11,460 bases of DNA. It comes from Candidatus Iainarchaeum sp. (GTDB lineage: Archaea; Iainarchaeota; Iainarchaeia; Iainarchaeales; JAFCCW01). The position numbers and the translations under genes were made by a program. The notes below the pieces were generated by a model. The model was not told the origin of the DNA and ran no database searches. It saw only the letters and a list, made by a program, of their open reading frames with translations. Shown here piece by piece: positions 1 to 8,800 of the stretch. Position 1 is the stretch's first letter, and every line of letters starts with the position of its first letter. The DNA is taken from NCBI GenBank assembly GCA_017609985.1, contig JAFCCW010000022.1, forward strand, positions 1 to 11,460, written 5' to 3'.

Positions 1-1008
1 AAGCTTTTCAAGAATGCTGTCCTTGAAGAAATATCCAACTCCTGCTAAAATAAGCAAGAGCAATACCAGTCCTCCGCCGACAATTGTTCCGTCGTCAAGT
101 CCGAACAATCCTGTTGTTGTTGAATTTGCTTCTGGTTCTATACAAACTCCGGTCTGACAAATTCCTGCTTCTCCACATTCTATTCCATCAAGCTGTCTGT
201 AGACACAGATTCCTTTGCTACATGCGTCTTCAGTGCAGGGATTTCCATCGTCACAGTCTATTCCAATGCACTTGTTAATTCCTGTGTTTGATGTTTCAGT
301 TTCAGAGCCGGAACTTCCTTCGCTCCCATTATCTGTTCCTTCTTCTCCTTCGCTTCCCTCTTCTGTCCCTGTACCGGAATTTCCTTCTTCTGTTCCATTA
401 CAAACTGAATCAACACAGGTTTCTCCTTCTTCGCAGTCCCCGTCCTCATAACAGTTTCCGCAGATGTTGCTAATGCAGTCTCCTGAGAGACAGCTTGCGT
501 CAGTATTGCATGATTCTCCTAATTCTTTTAGTGCTGGTGCAGAGCCGCCTCCGCCTCCTCCACCGCCGCCACCGGTGTTACCTCCACATGAACCACAGTC
601 AGCTGGGCAGGAAGAACAATCTTCGCCAGTATTGCATGTTCCATCACCGCAATAAGGTGCCTGTCCGATTGAAAGATCAAGCTGGGTATAACCGCCATTT
701 TCAAAACTTGCCTCTGCAATCTTGCTTCCGTTCAGGAAAAATTCAACTTTTTTTCCTGAATAAGTGCTGTTTGGGTCTTCCACAAGAAACAATGCCGGGG
801 CAAGTCCATAAGCTCCATTATCTGAAGAAGTGCTTTTTACTTCAATTCCATTAATCTTTGCAATAACTGCTGCTCCGTCAGCAGGGTTTCCGTTAACAGT
901 TACGTTTCCATAAAACTGGTGTGGGATTCCTGGAGCAGCAAAAGCAATTCCAATAAGCATTACTAAAAAAATTCCAGCAAGCAAAAATCTATTTTTTTCA
1001 CAAGTCAT
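1..1008 (-). CDS. Gene D: membrane-anchored Cys-rich surface (glyco)protein, 3'-truncated by the window edge (at least 336 aa)
   Basis: Hand translation from ATG at 1008 stays open to base 1; it is absent from the ORF track because no stop is reached. Order of parts: signal peptide [24 protein letters not shown]; PHQFYGNVTVNGNPADGAAVIAKING beta-rich domain; CGDGTCNTGEDCSSCPADCGSC; Gly10 linker; Cys-rich and E/G/S/T-rich stalk; CDDGNPCTEDAC (Dictyostelium CTDC-repeat-like); TTGLFG; TM helix IVGGGLVLLLLILAGVGYFF; KDSILEKL. SD-like GGAGGTTGA lies 4 nt upstream of the ATG. Several N-x-S/T sequons. Confidence 0.93.
   Translation of the reverse strand, partial: MTCEKNRFLLAGIFLVMLIGIAFAAPGIPHQFYGNVTVNGNPADGAAVIAKINGIEVKSTSSDNGAYGLAPALFLVEDPNSTYSGKKVEFFLNGSKIAEASFENGGYTQLDLSIGQAPYCGDGTCNTGEDCSSCPADCGSCGGNTGGGGGGGGGGSAPALKELGESCNTDASCLSGDCISNICGNCYEDGDCEEGETCVDSVCNGTEEGNSGTGTEEGSEGEEGTDNGSEGSSGSETETSNTGINKCIGIDCDDGNPCTEDACSKGICVYRQLDGIECGEAGICQTGVCIEPEANSTTTGLFGLDDGTIVGGGLVLLLLILAGVGYFFKDSILEKL
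544..573 (-). repeat. Poly-glycine (Gly10) linker in gene D
   Basis: Ten consecutive GGN codons with mixed third positions. Confidence 0.9.
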
Positions 1009-1012
1009 TTTT

Positions 1013-1021
1013 TCAACCTCC
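1013..1021 (-). promoter_or_regulatory. Shine-Dalgarno-like site of gene D
   Basis: GGAGGTTGA followed by AAAAATG. Confidence 0.7.
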
Positions 1022-1058
1022 GCAGTGATTACCTTATTACAATTAATAAATGAAAATC

Positions 1059-1066
1059 TATTTAAA
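1059..1066 (-). promoter_or_regulatory. Putative archaeal TATA box for gene D
   Basis: TTTAAATA on the minus strand, about 50 nt upstream of the ATG. The equivalent site before gene A (5879-5886) reads TTTAACTA. No clear BRE. Confidence 0.5.
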
Positions 1067-1083
1067 TCAAACTAGGGTTTGCA

Positions 1084-4000
1084 CTAACTTCCTCCACAAG
1101 TTGTTGTGTAAGTGTATGTTCCACTTTGCGGAGTAGCAAGCCAGTATCCAGCGCCGGGATTCAGATAGTCATATTCTCCTATCATCTTCCATTGATTTGG
1201 GTTGTCTGGTTCCCAATAGGTTATCAACGCAGTAAACTCTTTGTCCCAGATGTCTGTTCCAAGAGAATACATTGAACAATGAGCTGTTCTTCCCCAGCCT
1301 GACGGGTTTGGCCCTTGATAAATCATTTCCGGAATTCCCTCTGTACTGTAAGTTCCAATCAGGTTCCATCCTGGCACAACTGGTATGCCTGGCGGTGTCT
1401 CAGCAGGGCTTAACAAACTTCCACCCACTAACAATACATCGTCTTCAAATGCAGCAATCCAATAGCCTCTTCCTGGCACAATTTCTTCAAGATTGCTTGT
1501 TCCTGGACTATCTGGCCTGTAAACAAGCCATTCGTCTGTCACAGCATTGTATGTCCAGACAGAGTGCACGTTCTCAACCACGTCCACAAGAACATTTTCA
1601 ATACTGCTGTCCATTAACGTGAAAGGCACTGAAATCAGGTTCCACTTCTTGTTCAAATGTATTCTGAATGCATTGCCCTCGACTTTGAATTTTTCATCGT
1701 CTATGGGCCCCTTGTTTCCCAGTGCATCAACACAGTAGTATTTCAGGTTGTGCTCTGTCTCTTCTCCAAACACAATCTCTGTTTCTTCTTCAATACAGCA
1801 ATAATTGTCGCCTCTTGCATTGTAGTCTCCCTGCAGGCTATTGCAATAGTTCTCTGTAATATCGTCTTTATCCCATTCAAGATAAAAGCAAGCAAGTTCT
1901 CCTTCAACAGGGTGTGGCTCTGGATCCTCACAGGTTATTGTGACTGGAGTATCCAGAGTTATCTTCCAGCATTCCATTTCATTGCCTTGTCCATTCCAGC
2001 AAAGCTCTTCAATTTCCGGATAAAAAATGCTTCCAGCTCCACTCCATTCTTTTCTTGGAGCTCCAACTTTTTTTTCTCCATTTGGGGCTCTGCCATCCAC
2101 AATATCTATTTCAAACTGGTGGTCTTCTTCCACTCCGCAGATAACTGAATAATACTCTAGTTCGTGAACTGACTGTTCTTCAAAACTGAAAGCTCCAGTA
2201 TACTCAATCCAGTTGCCCCATGCTTCCCACTGGTCTTCAATATCCTGTTTCCATCTCATTCGGTAAAATGTATGGGGCTCTTCAATGCACCAATGTTCGT
2301 TTACATCCATTGAAATCTCGGTTTCAAGGGAAACAAACAAGCATTCTTCTGCTTCTTCCTGTTCTCCAAAGTAATCACATTCAATCTTTGGCTCTCCAAC
2401 AGTTTTCACAGTTTTTCCGCTATCACAAGCATCTCCAATTCCGTCTCCGTCACTGTCCTCCTGCTCTGGATTGTATGTCAAAGGACAGTTGTCACACACA
2501 TTTCCCAATCCATCCAAATCAGTATCTTCCTGTTCAGGATTATAATCCTGTGGACAGTTGTCACACTCGTCTATTAGGCTGTCGCTGTCAGAATCAGTAA
2601 ATCCAGTTGCTTCCTCTGCAATCTCTGCAGGGTGGAGTACTCTGTTGAAGATTTTTACTTCATCAATTACTCCGTTGAAAAATTTGAACATTGCATCTTC
2701 TGCTTCAGGAGGCGAGCTAGAATCCTTTGTTGAAGAAAATTCTGCCCCGATATAAACTGGCGAAGGGCTTCTTGCAACTTCCACTCCTTCAAGGCCTCCA
2801 ATTTCAGTATAATATCTGAAGCTTTTTATTGGAACCTCGCTTCCATTCAAATACATTTTCATCTGGTTTCCGTCAAAAGAACAGGCTACGTGATTAAACT
2901 GTGCTGTAAACGTGTTCACAATCGGTCCGTCATAGATAAACCAGTAGTTTATGTCATCTTCGTCTTCAAAAGAACAAGCTATATTTTTTGCTCCAATTCC
3001 CGGAAAACTTTCAACATGATAAAGATAGTTGTTGAAGACAAAAATGCCATAATTCAGCTTTGCGTTTGCAAGGTCTTCTCCTTTTGCAAGCAGGGCATAG
3101 CCCTCTCCTTCTTCAGGAAATTCGTTCAGCTTGAACCAGGCTTCCATTGAAAAAACATTTAAATCAAGCTCCGGGCTTGCTTCAACTTCAACATAGTCGT
3201 CGTCTCCGTCAAGTTCAACTGCATGGCATTTTTTTCCCACAGCCCAGCCAGCTCCATTCAAAAGCTCTCCATTGTTGTCATACTTTGAGCAATCAAATCC
3301 CGTGTCTCCAAGCCCCTCATCAAAGCTCAGGTACATCACAAGGCTGTCGCTGTTTGCACTGCTGTTCTCGCAAGAGCAACAGCATTCACAGCCATAATCG
3401 CACTCGTCTCCTTGCCCGTCTCCATCAGTGTCCTCCTGACCTGGGTTTGGAGCATAAACACAGTTGTCGCAAGCATCTCCTATTCCATCTCCATCGCTGT
3501 CTTCAACAAGCGAAATCCAGGTTCCTGGTGGGTAAAGTACACCAGCAACCTCTACTGCTTCCTGTGTATTTTCATTTATTTCATCCAGCTCAACTTTGAA
3601 AGCAGGGCATTCTCCAGTATAACAGAGATTCAGTGTTCCAAGGTCTATGTGTCCACAGGTCTCGAAAAAGAAGTCACTGGAATTGCTTCCATAAATCCAG
3701 GGCAGTTCATCATTAGTGCAGTTAGGGCCGTGAATTCCGTCTCCCTGCTTGTCAACAGGATAGCTTTTTGAATTTTCAAACCCAATAATTTCTGCATCGC
3801 TGAACAATATATTTCCATAAGACTTATAGTTTCCTCTTGGCAACATAAGCCTTATGTTTCCATTTCTTCTTCTGACTTTCAAAAAATTTCCTGTATTTGG
3901 GTCAAGTACATCATCAAACAAGCTTGTTTCCTGCAAATCAATGCATTCTGATTCCTCACACTCTATTGAAAGAATTGCAGAAACCAAAACCATGCTGTCC

Positions 4001-5829
4001 CCAGGATCCTCTGCCGGACTTTCAATCTGAAAACTTGCATGAGTTGCGTTAGCTGGAATCAACACAAGCTGTTCGTAAGTGTCAAAATCCTTTCCATTAA
4101 TTGAAATAAATTTGTCTGAAGCAATCTTTGTTCCAACACCAATAATGTCTCCAACAGGAGCGCTGGTTCCAGACAAATACCAAATATGATCGTGCCTTTT
4201 TCCACCAGAAGCATCCCCCACAACAAAAGCTATTCTTGCTTTTCTGTTAAACTGGGCTGGAGCAAACTCAAAAATTGCGACTTTTGAATCTCTTATTCCG
4301 GCATAACCATTGAAAAAATAGTTATTAAATCCTTTTACTAAAATTTCATTAACCTGTTCAGAATCCTGAAAAATTGAAAGCAATCCAATGCCGTCAACTC
4401 CCCTGCCATGCGCAGGATTAGAATACAATCCAGTTACTGTAAAATCATTCGCTCCTGCTGAAACAAGGCTGTTTCCAAACAACTGGTATGTATAAGACTT
4501 GCGTGTCGGGTGACTTTCTTCTATAAGTGTTCCCTCATATTCTATTCCATTCAATTCTGCTGTTTTATCCTCATTTTGTCTAAGTCCCCAATAAAACAGG
4601 CTGAAAATTGGCTCTCCCGACAAAAACTGGGAAAAATTCCTTGGCTGTTGTTCATCAAGGCCTGCTCCATTCAAAACAAAATTTTGCTGAGCACACTCAA
4701 ACTCAAAGTCTTTTTCAGTGCACGCGCCAAAAGGATCATCCACTAACAGTTTCCATTCTCCTGGTGCATAATTTACTCCGTTAAGATTTATCTCGTCCAG
4801 TGTGTTCTGGTTTGTTTCATCAAGCTCTATTTTGACTCTTGGACACATTCCAGTATAGCAAAGCTCTAAACCAGCATTGTCTGTTCCAGTGCTTGTTTCA
4901 AGGAAAAAGTCTGCCTTGCTTCCTTTAAAACTCCAGAAAACCTCATCATCTTCAATCTTACCATTTACTCCGTTTCCCTGCTTGTCAACAGGGCCATAAG
5001 TTGGACCATTCTCTAGCCCAATAATTGTTGCGTTCTCAAAAGTTATTGTTCCATATCCTTTCCTGTAGTTTTTTGGAAGAAAAAATTCAAACAAATTATT
5101 TTCTCTTCTAATTTTCAGTGCGTCTCCTTCAGGGGAATCAAATGCAGGGTCATTCACTGCTCTTGTTTGCAGATCAATGCATTTTGGCTCATCCAAGACA
5201 GTTATTTTCACAATCGTATCTTGATAATCCCTGTCTCCCAAATTTAAGAGGTCTTCAAATCCGATAGCATAGCTGTTGCACAAATCAAAAACAACTGCAT
5301 GATCTCTTTCGTTATCCTGATTTAGGGAATTTTCTGTTGAAAAAAGCCTGGTAGTGCCAAGTAATTTGCTGTCTGAATAAATTCCAAATCCAATAAAGCT
5401 GTTGTCACCTTCAGCATCAACGGAAACAACTATTTTGTCTCCCTTTGAAAAAATAGGAATTTCTGGATAATTAGGATCTTCCTTTATCTGAAAAACAGGA
5501 ACAAAGTCTTCCTTGCTGTTCACATAATAGCCAAAAATATTATTGTAAGCGGTTATTGCTCCTAAAAATTCTATTTCAATGAAAACAGAATCTGAATCAA
5601 AATTCCATTTCTGAAAGTTTTTCTGGTCTGCTATAGAATTCACAGTTATTCCTCTGCTTTGAAGAATATCCTGCAAGCTAGTTTCAGAACCTAAAAGAAC
5701 TATATCAAGCCCGGTGTCACCATTGCTGTCCGGCAACAAACCCTGTCTGTCACAGCCAGCAAAAGCAATTCCAATAAGCATTACTAAAAAAATTCCAGCA
5801 AGCAAAAACCTATTTTTTTTACAAGTCAT
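1084..5829 (-). CDS. Gene A: large secreted multidomain surface protein (DUF4114-like, 2x unknown module X, DUF3344-like, TSP3 repeats, LamG-like, Ig-like repeats, WNLI/PG.GYW C-terminal domain), about 1581 aa
   Basis: 1586-aa ORF in the track. Start moved from GTG 5844 to ATG 5829 because GGGGGTTGA precedes it and it matches the gene D start exactly. Motifs: signal peptide ending IAFAGC; [15 protein letters not shown] (DUF4114-like); [14 protein letters not shown] (TSP3); [10 protein letters not shown]...[15 protein letters not shown] (LamG-like). Confidence 0.93.
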   Translation of the reverse strand: MTCKKNRFLLAGIFLVMLIGIAFAGCDRQGLLPDSNGDTGLDIVLLGSETSLQDILQSRGITVNSIADQKNFQKWNFDSDSVFIEIEFLGAITAYNNIFGYYVNSKEDFVPVFQIKEDPNYPEIPIFSKGDKIVVSVDAEGDNSFIGFGIYSDSKLLGTTRLFSTENSLNQDNERDHAVVFDLCNSYAIGFEDLLNLGDRDYQDTIVKITVLDEPKCIDLQTRAVNDPAFDSPEGDALKIRRENNLFEFFLPKNYRKGYGTITFENATIIGLENGPTYGPVDKQGNGVNGKIEDDEVFWSFKGSKADFFLETSTGTDNAGLELCYTGMCPRVKIELDETNQNTLDEINLNGVNYAPGEWKLLVDDPFGACTEKDFEFECAQQNFVLNGAGLDEQQPRNFSQFLSGEPIFSLFYWGLRQNEDKTAELNGIEYEGTLIEESHPTRKSYTYQLFGNSLVSAGANDFTVTGLYSNPAHGRGVDGIGLLSIFQDSEQVNEILVKGFNNYFFNGYAGIRDSKVAIFEFAPAQFNRKARIAFVVGDASGGKRHDHIWYLSGTSAPVGDIIGVGTKIASDKFISINGKDFDTYEQLVLIPANATHASFQIESPAEDPGDSMVLVSAILSIECEESECIDLQETSLFDDVLDPNTGNFLKVRRRNGNIRLMLPRGNYKSYGNILFSDAEIIGFENSKSYPVDKQGDGIHGPNCTNDELPWIYGSNSSDFFFETCGHIDLGTLNLCYTGECPAFKVELDEINENTQEAVEVAGVLYPPGTWISLVEDSDGDGIGDACDNCVYAPNPGQEDTDGDGQGDECDYGCECCCSCENSSANSDSLVMYLSFDEGLGDTGFDCSKYDNNGELLNGAGWAVGKKCHAVELDGDDDYVEVEASPELDLNVFSMEAWFKLNEFPEEGEGYALLAKGEDLANAKLNYGIFVFNNYLYHVESFPGIGAKNIACSFEDEDDINYWFIYDGPIVNTFTAQFNHVACSFDGNQMKMYLNGSEVPIKSFRYYTEIGGLEGVEVARSPSPVYIGAEFSSTKDSSSPPEAEDAMFKFFNGVIDEVKIFNRVLHPAEIAEEATGFTDSDSDSLIDECDNCPQDYNPEQEDTDLDGLGNVCDNCPLTYNPEQEDSDGDGIGDACDSGKTVKTVGEPKIECDYFGEQEEAEECLFVSLETEISMDVNEHWCIEEPHTFYRMRWKQDIEDQWEAWGNWIEYTGAFSFEEQSVHELEYYSVICGVEEDHQFEIDIVDGRAPNGEKKVGAPRKEWSGAGSIFYPEIEELCWNGQGNEMECWKITLDTPVTITCEDPEPHPVEGELACFYLEWDKDDITENYCNSLQGDYNARGDNYCCIEEETEIVFGEETEHNLKYYCVDALGNKGPIDDEKFKVEGNAFRIHLNKKWNLISVPFTLMDSSIENVLVDVVENVHSVWTYNAVTDEWLVYRPDSPGTSNLEEIVPGRGYWIAAFEDDVLLVGGSLLSPAETPPGIPVVPGWNLIGTYSTEGIPEMIYQGPNPSGWGRTAHCSMYSLGTDIWDKEFTALITYWEPDNPNQWKMIGEYDYLNPGAGYWLATPQSGTYTYTTTCGGS
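1676..1764 (-). repeat. Near-identical block shared by genes A, B and C (copy in A)
   Basis: 89 bp with 1 mismatch to 10013-10101. The 44-bp core 1709-1752 is identical to 6509-6552 and 10046-10089. Confidence 0.95.
1905..2028 (-). repeat. 124-bp direct repeat shared by A and B (copy in A)
   Basis: Matches 6711-6834 with one synonymous mismatch (1918/6724); 110 bp of unbroken identity. Confidence 0.96.
2422..2595 (-). repeat. Thrombospondin type-3 (Ca-binding) repeats in gene A, cluster 2
   Basis: [58 protein letters not shown]. Confidence 0.9.
3397..3501 (-). repeat. Thrombospondin type-3 repeats in gene A, cluster 1
   Basis: [35 protein letters not shown]. Confidence 0.9.
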
Positions 5830-5887
5830 TTTTTCAACCCCCACACCATTACCTTATTGCAATTAATAAATGAAAATATAGTTAAAT
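5757..5887 (-). repeat. Duplicated promoter+RBS+signal-peptide cassette, copy 2 (gene A)
   Basis: Direct repeat of 936-1067. Its 19-bp core gcaaaagcaattccaataa also occurs in gene B at 9311-9329. Confidence 0.95.
5834..5842 (-). promoter_or_regulatory. Shine-Dalgarno-like site of gene A
   Basis: GGGGGTTGA followed by AAAAATG, with the same spacing as gene D. Confidence 0.65.
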
Positions 5888-5898
5888 TCAATTTTGGA

Positions 5899-8800
5899 TT
5901 ATGTTCCTCCACAATTTGTAGAATAGGTGTATGTTCTGTTTTGTGGAATAGAAATCCAGTATCCAGCGCCTGGATTCATATAATCAGTTTCTTCAAAAGA
6001 TTTCCACTGATTTGGATTATCCTTTTCCCAATAGGTCAAGAGTGTTGTCCAACCCTTGTCAAACTGACTGCTTTTCAAAGATAACAAAGCACAGTGTGCT
6101 TCCTTTCCATCTCCGTTTAAATTTGGGCCTGCATAAGCACTGTTTCCGTCCTTGCTGAAATAACCAATCATGTTCCACCCTGCTTTAAGCTTTTTATTTA
6201 GAAATGGACTGAATTCACTCCCACCTAGTGAAAGCACACAGTCTTCAAAAGCAGCAACCCAGTAACCATTTCCAGAAATTATTTCTCCGAGATTGCTGGT
6301 TTCCGGGCTTCCTGGGTGAAAAACAAACCATTCATTAGCAAAAGCATCAAAAGTCCAGACACTGTCTATTTTTTCACTAATTTCTGAAAATACTACTTCG
6401 ATATTGCGATCAAGCGGCAAAACAGGGCTAGAAATAAGATTCCATTTCTTATTCAGATAAATATCAAACTTTTTGCCCTCAACCTTGAATTTTTCATCGT
6501 CTACAGGTCCCTTGTTTCCCAGTGCATCAACACAGTAGTATTTCAGGTTGTGTTCGGTTTCTTCTCCAAAATAAAGCTCTATTTTACTTTCAACACAACA
6601 GTATCCGTCTTCAAATACATTGAAATCTCCATTGTAATGATTTTCGTCACAATATACTTCCGTAATATCATCCTTATCCCATTCAATTCTAAAACAACTT
6701 TTTTCTTCACCAACAGGGTGTGGTTCTGGATCCTCACAGGTTATTGTGACTGGAGTATCCAGAGTTATCTTCCAGCATTCCATTTCATTGCCTTGTCCAT
6801 TCCAGCAAAGCTCTTCAATTTCCGGATAAAAAATACTATCTGTGCCATCCCATTTAATGTGTGGAGTTCCAACAATCTTTTCTCCAACAGGCGCATTCCA
6901 ATCCACTAAATCTATTTCAAACAAGTGTTCTTCTTCAAAGTCACATGCAACTGAATAATACTCTAGTTCGTGAACTGAAGATTCACTAAAAGAAAATGGC
7001 TCTTCATAAATAATCCAGTCACTCCACTCACCCCAAGTGTCTTCAATTCTTTCCTTCCATCTTTGTCTATAGTAAGTCACTGGCTCTTCATTACACCATA
7101 CTCCCTCCACAGTCATTGAAATTTCTGTTTCACCAGAAACAAACCAGCATTCATCTGCTTTCTTTGTTTCCAACAGAATGCATTCTCTGTCGCATGGCGC
7201 TGGCCAGTTTCCTTCCTCTACACAAATATAACTGCAGCTACAGTCGTTAAAGAAAGACTCGTAACCTTGTTCACAGGTTGGAGGGTTTCCCCAGCTCGAT
7301 TCGTCTCCAAAGTAATCACATTCAATCTTTGGCTCTCCCACTGTTTTCACGGTTCTGGGTTCAAAACATTCAAGCGAAAAAATTACTGAAGTAAGAAGAA
7401 TGCTGTCTGGGCGGGCTAAATAACCAGGACTTTCTATTTGAAAACTTGCAACACTTGCTCCTGCTGGAACTTCCACAAAAATTTCAAAAGTATCATAATA
7501 TGGGCCATCTGCTGCTGTTAACTGGTCTGAAGCAATAATATTTCCTAAACCTATTATTCCTCCGAGCGGAACACTTGTTCCAGACAAATACCAAATATTC
7601 TCCCTTCTTTCCCCTGCCTCTGTGTTTCCAGCTACAAGAGCAACCCTTGCAGTTCTGGCTTGGTCAAATGCTTCAAACTCAAAAGAAACAGTTTCTGAAT
7701 GCCTTGGATAATCAGAAGAATAATACCAAAAAAAGTTGTTGATTCCCTTCACAAAAACTTCGTTCACAGTTTTAGACGAGTCAAACAATGAAAAAAGAGC
7801 CCCGCCATTCACACCCTGTCCAATTCCAGCTATGTTGAATGCATTGTTTCCTTCTGAAACAAGCCCTGTTGTTTCAAGCTGGTAAGAATAAGTTCCATGT
7901 TCTGGATAATCAATTACTTGACCAATATATTCATTTCCATCAATTTCAGCAGTATTATCTTGATATCCTCTCAAGTCCCAATAAAACAAGCTAAATTTTG
8001 GATTTCCAGGAATAAACTGTTCAAGCAGTTTAGGTTGTGAATTAGCAAGTCCGACTCCATTCAATACAAAATCCTGTTTTGAACACTCAAAATGAAACTC
8101 GGTTTCATTCCTGTCCTGATTGCACATTCCAAGTTCTTCTTCAATCAAAGGAATCCATTCTCCGCTTTCATATTCTCGATTTCCGACAGAAATTGAATTT
8201 TTGGTTTCTGAATTTGTTTCATCAATTATAATTCTTATTTTTGGACAAACCCCAGTATAGCAAACTCCAATAACTCCGCCATCGTGGTTCCCACAAGTTT
8301 CAAGAAAAAAATCTGCTTTGTTGTTTCCAAAACTCCAGAAAACCTCGTCATCATTGCAATCGCTATAGATTTCGTTTGCCTGTTCTTCAACACCGTCATT
8401 TTCTGAAAAAACATCTTCAGAATAAAAATTTTTAATTTCAGGATCAAAGCTGAAAATCTCAGCTCCTTCAAACTCAATTCTTCCATATGCTTTTAAGTCA
8501 GCTTTTGGCAAAAGCAATTCAATAGCATTATTTCTTCTCTTAATAGTAATTGAGTTTCCATCAATTTCAAGTTCTTCTCCAAAATCAGAACCAGGCACGT
8601 AAAAACAGTTAAAACCAGCAGGGTATTTTCTTGCACTCCAATCTGTTGGTTCTTCAACACCTACTGCGACAATTTCTTCAAAATTCAAGTCTTTTCCAAA
8701 AATCCTTGTTTCATCAATTTTTCCACTAAAACTTTGGTCAAATCCGCGAGAAGCGCACCCAAAGAAAAGATTTCCCACCCCATTCGCATCTCTTGGGATT

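Larger units (their letters stand above)
936..1067 (-). repeat. Duplicated promoter+RBS+signal-peptide cassette, copy 1 (gene D)
   Basis: 936-1018 matches 5757-5839 with 2 mismatches; 1028-1067 matches 5848-5887 with 3 mismatches. Confidence 0.95.

Noticed and set aside
84-854. Short ORFs including the poly-Pro ORF 464..655 and the Ser/Pro-rich ORF 215..451
   Set aside because: These are antisense or alternate-frame shadows of gene D; poly-Pro mirrors Gly10. Gene D has an SD, signal peptide and TM helix.
1068-1081. Small hairpin CAAAC-TAGG-GTTTG just after the gene A stop
   Set aside because: The 5-bp stem is too weak and could arise by chance, and no long T-tract follows.
5830-5844. GTG start at 5844 for gene A
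   Set aside because: The extension overlaps the SD-like GGGGGTTGA, and the homologous cassette in gene D has GCG at this position, so ATG 5829 is preferred.
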